From: Amoebophrya sp. A120
Taxonomy: Eukaryota; Protista; Dinoflagellata
Reading direction: 5' to 3'
DNA: 64,000 nucleotides
Assembly (NCBI GenBank): GCA_905178155.1
Contig: CAJINV010000012.1
Span: 1,988,492 to 2,052,491, forward strand
Shown: in pieces, positions 11,770-25,100 of the stretch
Layout of the letters: every line of letters begins with the position of its first letter
How positions within the stretch are numbered: the stretch's first letter is position 1
The notes under the pieces: generated by a model
What the model was told of the DNA's origin: nothing
The model's input: only the letters and a program-made list of their open reading frames with translations
Database searches by the model: none
Position numbers and translations under genes: made by a program

Positions 11770-14700
11770 TCACTTGAAACATGTTTTCGCAGATAGAGCA
11801 GACGCTGCTCCACTGCGAAAGAAACGACTACGACGAAACGGCGTCGTCTGCTCGAGTACAAAGTCCTCGCGTTTCATCTCCTTGGATGTTTCCTCCGCCT
11901 CTTCATCATCAGAAGAGTCCGCTGCTAGCCAGTGCTGGGCGTCCAAGTCCTTGGCGTCGTCCATGTACTGGCTTATCACTTTGTAACTTTCAGCCTCCAT
12001 CTCATCCGTTACCATCGGAGTGTCGCCCTGAGTCTTCATGTACTTGAAGACGTGGCGGACGATGTTGTGGCGCGCCAGTTTTACAGACTCCTGATCCAGC
12101 AGCCGGCTCAAAGTTGTTTTCCCGAACGCCTTTCTCGCGTTGGTTTCCGTGTTGGTCCCCGACGCGACTCCACCCTTCAACCCGGAGTCCGACTGTGAAT
12201 CCAACGGCGCTGCGAGTGCGACCGTCTCGCGCCCTCCGTTCTTGTCGGGTACCGCGCCGCCTTTTGCTTTGCGCATTCCCAACGGTAAAGACGCGGCCCA
12301 GGTTGCCGCCTCCGGCCTGTTATTTTAGATTCATGCACGTTTGAATTTTGCAGCGGAGGAGTTCGAGGACGAGGAGGTGGCTGTACTCGAAACAAACCAG
12401 CTCTCATTTTCAAGCGCAGGCCAAGGGCCAAGCGCGAATCATACTAGCACATGCAAACACAAACAAGAAGACAAACTCAAAGGCAAAGAAGTATTTGCAT
12501 ACTAGGAAGTAAGTTGACTGCGTAGCAGTCTGTACTGCCTAGCTCTCGCCAAGTACCTGAATACGAAGTATGCCTCCCGGATTTTTTCTTCCAGCTGCTT
12601 CTCCGGGACGGCAATATGTTGGCTCACCGTTTTCCAAGCGACGTCCCTTGTACTCCGCTCCGCCTTCTTACTGTCCGGACCTTGGACGATTGCCTCGTCG
12701 GTCCGCGCTTTCTCCTTGTTCGCCACGCCGATCTTCGCGAGGGAGATCTTCTGGCTGACCCAGTTTGACGCTCGTGTCGCGAGCACCGGCCCGGAGCACA
12801 GCACGTCCTGCTTCGGGTCTGGGTGGTCGTGCCACCGTATCGCATCGACGTCGGAGATCTTGAAGTCCATCACGAGGCGCTGTCGCGATGGCGCCGGATC
12901 CAGCGCCCACTGCGAAACCGTGCGGCACCGCGTGAAGGGGTGACACACGTACCACTCCGTCATACTCTCGCGCGGAATCTTCTTCTTTACTTCTTCCTCC
13001 CGAATCGCGGTCATCTGTTTATCAAAATCCGAAGAGAGGACCCTGCGCACTTCTAGCACGTGCCCCTTGTGATCCCCCTCCTGGGACACTACGAAGCACG
13101 GCTTTGCCGCATGGTTACCGTCGACCAGGTCCTGCTGGTTTAAGACCGTTTTCTCCGGCAACCGCATGACCAGGTGCCCCAGCTTGCAGATGTTGTTCTC
13201 GAAAAGCGTTGCTTTCTTTCCCGACTTCCAGTGCGGCACACCAGCCGAGAATCCCGGTATCAAGTTGCGCAGAAGTGGCGGAAGAACGAGGTCGCTGTTG
13301 GGCGGGATCGGCCCGCAAAAGATCTTCTGCGCGACCTTGGTTTCGATGTGTTCCGGAAAAGCCGGGTGCTGCTCGAGGTAGTTTTCAAACTCCGTGCACA
13401 AGCGGCCCAACCACGGATGAAGATACTCCTGATCACGGCCCCACAGCTTCTCCATCTCGGTCGGCTGGTATGCTCTCGCCGCGGTAAAACGCTTGTCAAA
13501 CTTTTCCCGGTGCTGGTCTTGGTACATTTTCACAAGCGGATACTCCAGCCCCTCCCCCCGGTTTCTCCTGACCCGCAAACCGTTCCGCTCTGCTTTTATA
13601 TTGGGAGCGTTGTGATGTTCGAATGTTTTCGAGTTGTGCAGACTCTCGGTGTACTGTGTCTGCGGTTGCAAACCCGGCATCAGACACGAGACTATTTCCC
13701 ACAAAAGCGCCGCTGGAGACACTGTTCCGTCCTCCATGACGTGCGTAGCAACAGCATCTTCTTCCGCGACCAAAACAAGAGCGTCGTGACACATCTCCAG
13801 CAGGAAGTCCAAAAAATCATCGCGGTTGTCCGGCTCGGTTTGCAGAAGAGCTTGTGCGATATAGCGCCGCAGCTTCTTGTTGAGCAACATGGTAAGAAGG
13901 TAGGGGAAGTTGTAAAGTTGTATCTCTCGCGACGGCAAGCGAGTCATCGTTTTCATGAACACCGTGAATTCCTGCAAGCAGTCGGGCTTCCTGCATAACA
14001 GGTTCTTCAGCTTCGTCATGATGTCCTCCACGGCCAGCGGCCTGGGGCGGTGTGCGCACATGTCTTCCAGCTTCGTGTTCGACAGCACAGCAGTTGGGTC
14101 GCCCTCGACGCGGAGGGACTGTCTGTGCACTTCGCGGACCGACGTAGCGGCGGACGCAACCGCAACCCAGAAGTCGGGATTACGGGAGTGGAGTCGCGCC
14201 TTCGCGACTGTTGCTCTGTTGGTCTCATCCGCCCGGTCTTCGGGGTTCAACGTGTTGACGCAGGCCACCAACTTTTCCTTGTTTTCTAAAAGTGCCTCGA
14301 GGCACGGCAGCAGCGTCATCCACCGGTGGTCCACCGCTTCGGGCACCTTGATGCCTGCGTCTTGGAGCCACCACTTGTTTGCCCGCTGGATGGCCTTTAC
14401 TCCCTCTACCATTTTGGGGTAGAATACCTCCTGCACTTGTATCACCTCCTTGGTGAGAAGGTGGCACTGATGCAACTGGCAAACCAACTGCACGACGAAG
14501 AACTCGAGGCACTTGACCTTGGACCCCCTCGCCTCCTGTTCCTTCCTCCTCTTCCGCAAGACCTGGCACATGCGGCGCAGCCGACGCATGGCAGACAGGA
14601 TGTCCGCCCCCGCATCGGATGCGATCGCCAGGATGATGATCGGGTCCGTTTCCCATGCTGCTGTTGTCGCTCCTGGTAACATCACACACAACCCCAGAAG

Positions 14701-16655
14701 TGCGTAGATGTCTGCCAACACAGAGTAGTAGCCACCGTCGTGGCTCGACGCCAACGGGATGACGTGCTTGATGTGTAACTTTCCTGTCGTCGGATTTGCG
14801 CGTATCACGAGGGCGTCCAGCGTGAGCGAGTGGCTCTGCTTGTATGGCGTGCTGTCCGGCGCAACGCGCACCACGATGGTGGGCCTGCGGATTTTGCTTT
14901 TCCGAGCTATCACAACCGGGAACGGATTCGCACTGGAAGAGCTGGCCGCGACTTCGACCTTCTTGAGAAACGCCTCCCTCGGCGCCTCCCGGGTTAGCGC
15001 CAGGTCGTCGCGCCCTTCGAAAGAAAGCGCAACTGGACCGCTTTGGTTCCGGTACACGTCGATATCTGAAATGTTCATTGGCAAATAATTCTAGATGAGC
15101 ACGAGACTGCAATAAAAATAACGAACGATAAGACACACCACAGAGGAAAATAATGCAAACTGCAATCAGCACGGCAGTGCGAGATGTAAAGTGTGGAGGT
15201 CGTCGTAGCTCAAAGTCAGACTGCAACTCTCGTCCTAAATCTGTCATGCTCAATTTCCTGCGTATCTAGTGGGAAAAAATACCCGCGATAGCTTCCACAT
15301 CCTGAAGATCGTGCATCCAGTAGACCGCCCGCAGTTCGTCCTCCTTGCGCTCGAGAAACTTCCGGTGCGCATCCTTCCAACCTGCTGCTGCGAGAGTAAT
15401 GGTCTCCCTTTGTTGCTTCGCATCCTCGAACTTTTGGTCGTTGTACAGCACGAGCTGTGCCCGCCGCTTCTGTGTATCCGGAACCTGTTTTATGGTGCTG
15501 CTGGCGAGCGACCCGGACTTCCAGTCATACCCGATCCCTGCCTTCATGATGACTGGATCACCAGATAGTAACTGGCCCGGCAGTGCTTCTCTGTGCAAAC
15601 CCATAAGCCGCGACTTGTGGTCGTATCGCTCCTCGACCTGGAACAGGTGCTGCATCAGCTCGATCTGGTAGCTGTAGTTGTTTTTTGTTTTTCTTTATCT
15701 TTGACATTGACTTTGTCATTGCATATAACTAGGCATCAACCTAAACGCGAGCAGCCGTATACTGCATGCAAAACAAAACTGGGAAGAAGTTGGAATCAAA
15801 ATAAGAATAAGATCGAGACAATCTGAAACGACGTCAAAAAAGGAGACGCAACTTCTGCACCTTCTTCGCCGTCGTCGCGCTGCTCGAAGCCATGCAAACA
15901 GCGACGTAGTCGCGCTTTTCTTCGACCGTGTTGAATTTGTCGAAAACGGCGAAGTCAACCTCCGCCCATTCTTTTCGGATGTCATGCACCTGTTGGGGTT
16001 TTGGAGAAAAGCGTTTGCGTTAGCATTTCCATTTCCATTCCCAAATACAAAGTCTTCGCTCTTCCACATGTTCACGTTGGTCTTTGTTCTACAGTGCTTC
16101 ATGTTCATCTTTGTCCCACATAAGCATCAAGCTTCTGTTTTCATCTTCACTTGAAGCCGAGGATCAAATAAAAACACTCAAACGAGAAACCTTCCGCCTC
16201 TTTGGGTTAAGGGCCGCCTCTGCATCTTCGTCTTGTTGCGCCCGATGCGCCTCCCCCTTTTCCATCGCAAGGCATTTCGCAAACTTTTCCGGAATCATTT
16301 CAAACCGCTTCTGAAGTTCGTCCTCCGCCAGCGCGACCAGCAGCTGCTTGTCCGGGTGTCGAGTAGCAGCAACACCGTGGAGCCGCTTGCACGCTTTCGA
16401 CAGACTCTTGGCGTTCAGCTCTGTCCGCACAAACCCACGCGCTCCTTTCGCGGCGTTCTGTTTTTCAGCCGTCGCATCGCTCGCAGACGTCGATGCGCCG
16501 CTAGCTATCAAAGAATCAAACGCGTCGACGAGGTTCTGCATCGATGTTGCCACTGCGACGTCATGCGAGAAGTCACGCCATGGTGACTGGCCACGCGTCG
16601 GGCGGGCTAATGGTCCGCCCGGTTCCACGGACTTTTTGTCTTTGCCGCGATTCAT
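11770..16655 (-). CDS. hAT-superfamily DDE transposase, multi-exon (core exon in ORF 12502-15084)
   Basis: hAT-like motifs in order: SLTLD (D1), IASDAGAD (D2), CQLH (CxxH), HRWMTL (RW), PQTQYTESLHNS (E). Phase-compatible GT-AG junction into the 11770-12282 exon. Upstream exons (15266-15655, about 15830-16010, 16190-16655) are inferred. Confidence 0.8.
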
Positions 16656-17905
16656 CTTGTGGCGCGACAATGCGTTCGAATTAGGGCGAAAACCAGAGCA
16701 ATCTTCTACACATAGATAGGGACAAGAATGAAAGCCAGCTACATCTACACGCACATTGCTAATAGACTACTGCCATGCGCTTGCGCACTATGTGTGCGCA
16801 TGTACGTGTTTTGAATCTCCCCGAGATTCATCACGCGGCTCCCATGCGCTCTGTTTATCACGCACTCCGTGGCTCATATACGCGCGCTTTCACACTCAGC
16901 TCATTCCTCGCGTGCATCATCGGCGTCACGTGCTGACTGCCAATCGCGCTCCTCATGTATTCGCTTGTTGCATATCTACTTCTCGCTATGAGTATCCGGC
17001 GCTCTCTCGATATCATGGCCGTCGGTTTCACTCTGCGGCTGCTAGGAAAACAAAGCGAAATGGAAATCAGAATCAGTAGAAATCAGAACCGAACCGATGG
17101 TCGGCTGTATCAAAGTGCGCAGCTCACTCATCCGCGCAAACCCGTCGCACAACAACATCACTCAACGCCCTCTACTTCCACACTCACAATAATACCAATA
17201 AACAAAGACCGAGACAGTGCGACCGTGATCGAGATCGTGATCGACACGACATAGATACTACTGACAGACCACATCCTGATCCTCAGTGTGATGTCTGCCT
17301 CAGCTTCAGCTGGAGCTCAACCGTCAGAATCAATTTCGTTTTGAAGTGCGAGTCAGTTCGTCAGCTTTCTTTCACTTTCGCACTCTCTTCATCACCTGCT
17401 GTCGAAGATGGTGCCGCCGTTTTGCTTGGTTCCGATGGGCTGCACGAAGGGAAAGACCAGCACAATGCAACGGCTGAGGAGATGCGTCGCCACGTGATTC
17501 GACCTGCTTGCACTTCGGGCATCCGCCTCGTCAGAGAACCTGAGAAGTGTTGTAGTTTTGTGTGATTTTATTTTTGCATCATCACTGCAAACACAGTTGC
17601 AGGAGTGGAAGCGGTTGCGGTAGCGGTAACATTACTATCACTTTATGTTGTTGAAGTTGATGTTGTAGATTGTATTTGCATTAGTAGATGTAGACGTTGA
17701 TAGAGAATGATGACGAAGCTGAAGAGATGCAAACTCATATAAAACAAAAACAACGCAGCACCTTCTTTTCGCTTTTTTCTTCTCCGGTTTCGTTTGTTTC
17801 ATTTCATTTTCACTTCCGGCACAGAACCGAAAAGCACTTCCTGGATCAAAAGGATGACTTGCAGCAGCTACTTCTCGTAGTGAATGATAAAAAAGGCGGA
17901 TCTTG

Positions 17906-18367
17906 GCGAAAAGTTGTGGCTCTACGGTAAACCACAACTTTTGGAAATTTCCGGTCGTCATAGAGGAGCTCGGTTTTTGTGGTTTTGTGTGGTTTTTTGA
18001 TCAAGAAGCTCTTGTGATCTTGAAGGAATTGAAGGCGGAAGCTGAAGGAAAAAGAAGTCGGGTTAGTTGTTTATCGAAGGTCGGGTAGTTGTGTATTGAA
18101 GGTTCCTCCTCATCGGTATTGAAGTTTCTCCCTTTAAAAGAAGTTGTTTCTCGGCTTGAAGTATGCGATGTTTCGGTTTGAACTATTAACATTTCGGATC
18201 GAAATACTTATAAAGAAAAACGGAAATGCAAAAATCGCAGCTCGAAAAATTACAACTTTCAAATGCAAAAATCACAAGTTCGGATCAAAAGTCATTTTTT
18301 GCGAAGAGCTGTTTTCTTGATTTCAAAGGGTCGTTTATGGTCTACTTTTCTAAGTTGTCCATTCATA
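17906..18367 (-). repeat. Right terminal inverted repeat of the giant element
   Basis: Ends ...CTAAGTTGTCCATTCATA, immediately followed by TSD GTCGTCCT. Confidence 0.95.
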
Positions 18368-18568
18368 GTCGTCCTGGCACGTAAATATTAAAAACATCAG
18401 CAGAAGATATGACGTTCTGCTCGAATCATTTCTACAACAGCTCCTTCCAAGGCAATTGTTCAATATCGACGCAACTACCGACTGTCATTTTTGCTAGCGG
18501 TACCGCCTCCTTGTATGCTGGCTTGACAACAAATAAAACGTGACTCTTGAAATCAAAAGCACCTACTT

Positions 18569-19150
18569 CTACTTCACCTCCCCCTTATCCCCTGCCACAG
18601 TCTCCGCCCCGATGCCGTTCTCGGCGACAAATTTTGAAAGCTTCCCGCGCCAGGCAGTAGCTTCAGGGTGGAGGAGGTCTGCAGCTTCGTCACTTGTCTC
18701 CTGTAGCGGCCGTCCTGCAGTTGTTGCATCTGCACGGGCATCTTGGAGGTCCCCGCGGTCTTTTGGATAATGATCCTCATCCCCATCCTCCGCCTGTTCC
18801 TCCAGTTCGGTTGCTTCTGCTTCCACGCCGGAGGAAGAAGAGTTTTCCTCGCCAGCGCCGGTGGTCATTTTTTGTCCCGCCGGGGGGGCAGTTGTACTGG
18901 TTATGGCTTTGTTCTCGTCCTGCTCAAGTAACAGTTTGTTGAGCCGCGCAATCTCCGCCTTGTGCGCGAGGCTGGCCTCCTCATGCAAAAGTTGTAACTG
19001 TTGCATGTTCGCGGCCATCTGGACCAAGGCTTCTTCGACTCGCTTGCTATGCGCCTTTTCGTCTTCCAACGCCTCCCGGAGCTCGGCTATTTCATCCTGC
19101 TGCTCGGGGCAGGGAGTGGAGGACGTGGGTACTGGTAGTGCAGCGGACAT
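18569..19150 (-). CDS. Hypothetical acidic coiled-coil protein (193 aa)
   Basis: ATG ORF with heptad segment DEIAELREALEDEKAHSKRVEEALVQM; same strand as the neighbouring host genes. Confidence 0.6.
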   Translation of the reverse strand: MSAALPVPTSSTPCPEQQDEIAELREALEDEKAHSKRVEEALVQMAANMQQLQLLHEEASLAHKAEIARLNKLLLEQDENKAITSTTAPPAGQKMTTGAGEENSSSSGVEAEATELEEQAEDGDEDHYPKDRGDLQDARADATTAGRPLQETSDEAADLLHPEATAWRGKLSKFVAENGIGAETVAGDKGEVK

Positions 19151-22100
19151 TTTGCTTTTTGCTTCGTTGGGTTTCCTTTTGCTTTTTTATTTTGGAGTCG
19201 AAAGTGTGTTCTGCACAAAGTGTTGAGGAGCGACAATGCGTCGCTATCTCGCTTTGTAAGTGACGCTCACTGTGCTAAGCAATTTTCGCAGTTTTTGGTC
19301 TCTCTGATGTTAACTGCACGGCGGGCCGCGTCACAAGAGCTTGTTCTACGGAACGTCTATTCTCATTTCGGTTTGGGCTCTCCACGCAAATATTCTTGTC
19401 GAAGCAGGTGGAAGTTGCCGCGGGTATGGGGCGAGCGTCATCTTCGCGGTGGCCCAGTTTGGGTTTGTAGAACAATGACAAGCCAAGTTGAAACGGAAAC
19501 ACGCACTTCAATCAACGAAAACGCACACGCTTGCTTCGGGGCAATCACCGATACATCGTGTTGCCGACACTCACACTTCTGCTGCATGGCCGTCAAACCC
19601 TCGCTCCCCGACAAGACCGACAATGACAGGGACATGCCCAAACCAATCAAAACGACAAGAAAAGTAGAGGTAGAACAGGAAAAGCACAAGGCAGATACAG
19701 ACACCTCGGTCGGGGCACGAAATTCCAAATTCGACGCAGCCGCCCCGCGCGGAGGAGCCAGTGCTTACCAGCACACAAAGGGAGACCATTCTTGTCGCGG
19801 AGGCAGGGACGAACGGCAAAGGCGTTTCTTCACCTCGTCCTGCCAAGCCCGCCGGCTCTCTTCGGCGTGTGCGGCGGGCCGCCCCGTTGAAAGTGAGGCT
19901 GCAAATAAGAAAGGGTCCGCGCCCTAAGGCCAAAATAACAGGAAGGACCCGGGCCAAGTCCGCGCCCCGAACCGGTGCGCGCCCCTTGATGGGAAACCGC
20001 GGCGCCGGGCGAAATTCCCCAAGAGACAGAGAGAACAAACACAGACCCCGGGGCGCACCTGCGGGCCAATGCCAGCGCGCCAAGGGAGCACATCCATGCA
20101 GGCTGGCAGCCAGGCAGCCGGCGCGCGGCAGGCCGGGCCCGGGCGGGGGGGCGGCGGGCCGGTCGGGCGGACGCGGCGCAGACGGCCGGCAAGCGCGCAG
20201 CTTCTGCGCCGAAATTAGTGGGGGGCCCTTCCTTCGTCCTCTGCTTCGGCGCTTAATTGGCGGACGGAGCTGGCAGCTTCGGCCAAAGCGGCGCCGCCGC
20301 CGTTTCCGCGGATGTTGTAAGGGCAACACCCGCGGAAAGAAAGCTGGGGCACCGGGCCCCAAGCCCAAGCCCTCGTAGCCGATATGGGCCCGCCATGAGA
20401 CAGAAGGGCGCGGGCGCCAAACGCTCGCGGGCGGTGGCGGCCAATCGGCGGAATGGGCAACGTCCTGCGTCAAAGTTGTTTGTCGCACTCTGATGATACC
20501 GCAGCGCGGTCGCCACTGGTATGGTCGAGGGGGGCGCGAGTTGGTTGCCGAAAAGGCGCCACGTTCACGATTTGCGTGCGCCAAAGACTCCGGGCCAACC
20601 TTTGCCCGTGTGTGTCACTGCAGCGGGCGACGTCGGGGCGCCTTTGAATCGCCGGCATTGCAAGCCAGCCTGCCGGCCGGCTCCGCCGGCGGATCTGAGG
20701 AGCCCGCGCGGGGCCTCCGCGGCCTCGGCATTCCGCCTGGCAAGCAGCGCGGGCCCGGGCCGAATGGCCCGGCGAAGCGGGGCACTTGGCGCCCCCCTAT
20801 GGGTAAAACGCTCCCGCGCCAGCGCCATCGCCAAAACCCCCCGGCTCGGCCGTCCACAAATTGCCGACGGCAAACACAACGGCCGAACGGCCGACGGCGC
20901 CGCTCGGATACGGCAAGCCCTCGAGTCCTGCGGCGAAATTACGGGCGGCGCTTTTCAATTCGCTCCCATTGACAAAGAAACGCCCCAAGCTGCAAAGCTA
21001 CACCTGAATGACTAGCACACACCCACCTCGAGTACGAGTACATACTGGCTAGAAGAGAACACGGCTCGTTTTCTGAGGCCACAAATGCGCCGTTTCTTTT
21101 GAGATCGCCTCTGGTGTAAAACAACATTTATCTTCAGCGAGCACATTGTACAAGAACGCACGTCTAATCTGTCACCAGCTGTGGGCACACATCTCGGGTC
21201 GTTTGCAAATTCTAGGGAGATAATTGTACAAATACACACTACTCTTGGTTTCTTGTGAGACTTCTGTAAACGATCAAATAGTAAGCTCAAGTTGTCAAAT
21301 TGTAGCTCAGTAAACTGGTCGAATCACCGTCGGTCTGAGGACCGGCGGAGATTGATCGTACGGAAACGGAAACTGTCACACAAAAGTTTTCAAATAACAT
21401 ATGGGAGGTTTCGTTTGATTTCTAATATTTGCACCGTCGTGCGCTTATCGTGCAATAATCGAAAGAAACATTGGTGTGAAGAATATTCGTCTTGCTATTG
21501 TTCAAGCTAGGAGAGTCGGAATTCTGATTCTGCCGTCGTTGCGCAACGATTTCTTTCGCTGGTCACGTGACTACCGCAGCCATGCTTTAGACGAAGAACT
21601 GCTGGCTTCTACTTCTCACTGCATCTAGTTTTAAAGGTTGCCGGTAGTCCTGTACTTTTCGTTTTTGTTAAGACCTTTACCTTATTTTTCAGCTTAGTTA
21701 GTATCTCTAATTATTCTTCATTACTTTGGAGGCCGTTTAATTTTGTCAGTACAAACTTTCTGCTTTTAGTCCACATACATTTTGATGAAACCCGTTTGCT
21801 AAGATAGTGCTTCTGGAGAAGCAACAACTTGAAGCCTCTGCCGCGTATCTGTTTTTTAGTAATCTGCTAGAGTGTGTATTGTTCGTAATCGTATCAAGAG
21901 CGGTAGAAATAGAATTGAAAGCGATAGCATGAAACTACTACTAGCTCACGAAATTCAAATAGAAGCTCAGGCTCAACACTTCGCCAGCATCGAGTATTTT
22001 TCCTACGGTTGGTTCTGTTTTGATTTGGTACAACTAGCTCATCGAAACTACTGATGATCGATGTTATTTTGCGATCATCATGCGGGTACAACGAATTTCT

Positions 22101-22193
22101 CTGAGTCTTCAACTTTCTTGGAATACCGAAACTGCAGCTCCGCCAATCGTGGAGGCATCAACAGCGGTAACTCCACCTCGAGTTTCGAATTAG

Positions 22194-25100
22194 CTACAAT
22201 CCCGGTAACCAATCGAAGAAGCTGCTCGGCGGTTCCACGGGAGCGGAGTCAAAGATGCCCGAACTGCTACCGGCACCGGAAGAGTTCAATGCCTGCGACT
22301 GCTGCAGCTGCCGCTCCTTGGAACTGGCGGACAGATTCGCACTGCTACCCGCAGAAGAAGCCGATCCCATCATCGCCCGCTCAATCGACTTTCGCCGCTC
22401 CTGGCGGAGTCTGGTAAGCAAATCCTGGTCCACCGAGTTGTACTGTAACTGCTGTGTCATGACCGCTATGCGTTGCAAAAATATCGTGTTTAGTAGGAAT
22501 TGCAATAAAGTACAATTCTTTTCAAAAGGAAGAAATAGAATTTGTCATGCTAATTGAGGACGAAAAGTAGATTTGTCATGCGTAACCGCAATTGCAATTC
22601 ATGCGATTGCAGCGATACTTTGCAATGCATAGCCGAAGATTGCGACACCCGCCTCGGCGCGTCGTCGTGCGCGTGTCGCACGTTGTGCTCGTAATCCCGG
22701 TTCGTCAGGATCGTCTCCGCTTCGGAAATCGCTTTTGACACATTCCGGTCGTACTGCTGGTCTTGTTGCTGCTGGAAGACGTGCAGCGGGTAGTTGTTAT
22801 TTGCAACAACTCCACGATTCATCTGTAAGGCCGACGATGAATTGTCGAAAGCGCTTTGCTGGTGGTGGGAAGAAGACGTCAGGTGGTCCGCATTGTCCAC
22901 TGTAACTACTCCCGACGGTGCGCCGTAGCTCGGCCCGGGGGAAAGTCTTCTCCTGCCCCTCCCTCTGGGTGGCGTCCTGGAATGCGGATAATTCTGGCCG
23001 CCCAGACTTACACCAGGACTGCCGCGACTGTCGAGCGTGTGATTGAAAGCCTGGTGGGAGAAGTTGTTGTCGGTAATCAGATGTTGCGGAGTTCCAGCGT
23101 GTTGACCATAGTTGCTGCTGATCGTTACCGCGGGGAGCAGATTCGGGTCAGAGTCCGGTAACAAAACCTGCTGCTGATGCCCCGCTGGTGGTCCGGAGTA
23201 GAAGTGAAAATCGGCGTTGTTTCCGGACGGTCCGTTGTTCATAACCCGTGTCGCGGTGCTGGAACTTGAAGTGGTACTGCCTGGAGCTACTGTGCCTGTT
23301 GCTGACCCCGGACCACGAAGATGAGTTTGTTGGTGATAAATCTCCACCGTGGGCAGGCTTCCCTGCAGGTTGTGCCCGGTGATCGGTGCGTCTTGGGGGG
23401 TTGCAAAGTTGTGTCCTCCAGCAGCTGTAGTGGCGCCATTGTTGTAAACAATCGCCACGGGGAAAGGATGCTGATGCAAAGAACCTTCTTGCTCTTGTTG
23501 CTGGTGGCTTGTCACACTTCTCAGCTCCTGCTGCTTCTTCACGGGAGAATAAGTGGACCGTGTTTCCGGACGGTAACTGCTGACCGGCAATGTAACCCGC
23601 TCCGGGTAGTGCAACTGTATCGGCGTTATCAAATTCGTGCTTGAATTGGAGTATGCGCTGCAAAAGTATCGTACTCGTAGTAATTGCTGCTAAACAGCAT
23701 TACAAGTTTTATTTGTAATGCTGAGCGAATTTGTAATGCAACTTATACTAGGTAGTACGATGCTTTTGCACAGGATATGGAGTTCGAATTCTGTTGGCTG
23801 TCAGCCCCTGCGGCCTGCTGGTACGATTTCACGGTGCTGAAATCGGTTGTCGTGACTTGTCCGCCGGTCTTCAGGACCGTCGCTGCTGTGATTTCTTCAT
23901 TGGCGTTACTCGCGAAGTCGGCCTGGTGGTCAGCAGTTGTTGTTTGCAGCGCTTGCTGCATCGCCGGAATCTGGGCCAGCTCCTGCTCGACTTGCTGCTG
24001 CATTTTGTTCACAGCATCGTGCGCCAGGTGGGTGTTGGAAGTAGAAGATACTGCACCAGGAGCTCCTTGTGCTGAAGCAGATGATACTGTTTTGCTACCA
24101 CTGGCTGCCGGACTGCTGCTTTTCGCTGCTGGCGAGCCCTGTTGTCCCATCGAGCTCGCGCCGACCATCTGGTCCATCTGCACCGTCTGCAGCAAAGCGC
24201 CGATCGCTGACTTCCGAAGTTGGTCTGTTCGAGATCTTTCCTGCAGGAGCTGCCGTGTGTCTTCCAATTGCTGCTCCGCTACCGCCAGCTGCTGCCTTGT
24301 CATATCTAGTTCGTACTTGTAGCCCTGGCCTTGGTGCGCGAGTTTCCTTTGGTAGGGTGATTTTTCAAATTTGTTTTCAACAGTGCAATCCACCTCCAAC
24401 ATAATTTGCAGAAGCATCATCTTCCTCACGACAACGATATTTCTAATTCTAACCATGTCGACCCTAGAGATCCACCATGAGATAGAGATTCTACTGTTAG
24501 TAGAAGCCTAGAAGTGGATCAACATCTCGTCGTTGCTAGAAGCACATGCTGATACGTGGACGATGAAAGGTCGTGTTGAAAGAACGAAGATAGTCCACAG
24601 CAGAATTTCTTCTACCTAGCGTCATCCCGCTCGGCAACCAGCCTTTCCTGCGTCTCCTCCCATTTTCTCTGCGCTTCCAGATGAGAATCCCCCTTCTTCA
24701 TGATTGTCAAGCTCTGGCCGTCTATCTCGGTTTCGAGCGTTTCTGTATAATTTCAGTGTTGAATGCAAATAAGCTGCATGAACGTGACGTGATGGTGGAT
24801 TTATTACTGTATAACACAACTCAATTTCACTTTTTTTACGATCAAACTGTAGAACATCAAAACGACGTGAGAAGTCAAAAAATACCGATTTTCTTTGCGT
24901 ATTCTTCGGTTTTTTTCCGCAAATCTTCTCGCATCTCCCGCACCTCTTCTGTGTGTGTTTTGGTCAGTGCGTCGATCTCGGTCTTCAATTCGTCCACCGC
25001 CGTCTCTTTCTCCTCGTGCAACTTCACCGAATGCCCCCGCAGCTGCTGAATCGCCGCGGAATGCTGCTTCACCGAATTGGACAAGTCGTGGGCGTTGGTT

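Larger units (their letters stand above)
2438..18367. mobile_element. Giant (15.9 kb) hAT-type DNA transposon carrying a tyrosine recombinase and cargo
   Basis: 462-bp TIRs (2438-2899, 17906-18367). Perfect 8-bp TSD GTCGTCCT at 2430-2437 and 18368-18375. Internal hAT-like transposase. Confidence 0.93.

Noticed and set aside
2438-18367. Interpretation as a Polinton, virophage, DIRS or Crypton
   Set aside because: No pPolB, capsid, ATPase or RT motifs were seen; TIRs with an 8-bp TSD and a CxxH/RW transposase fit hAT, and Cryptons lack long TIRs.
19571-21015. Overlapping Arg/Gly/Pro-rich ORFs on both strands
   Set aside because: Expected from stop-codon scarcity in very GC-rich DNA.
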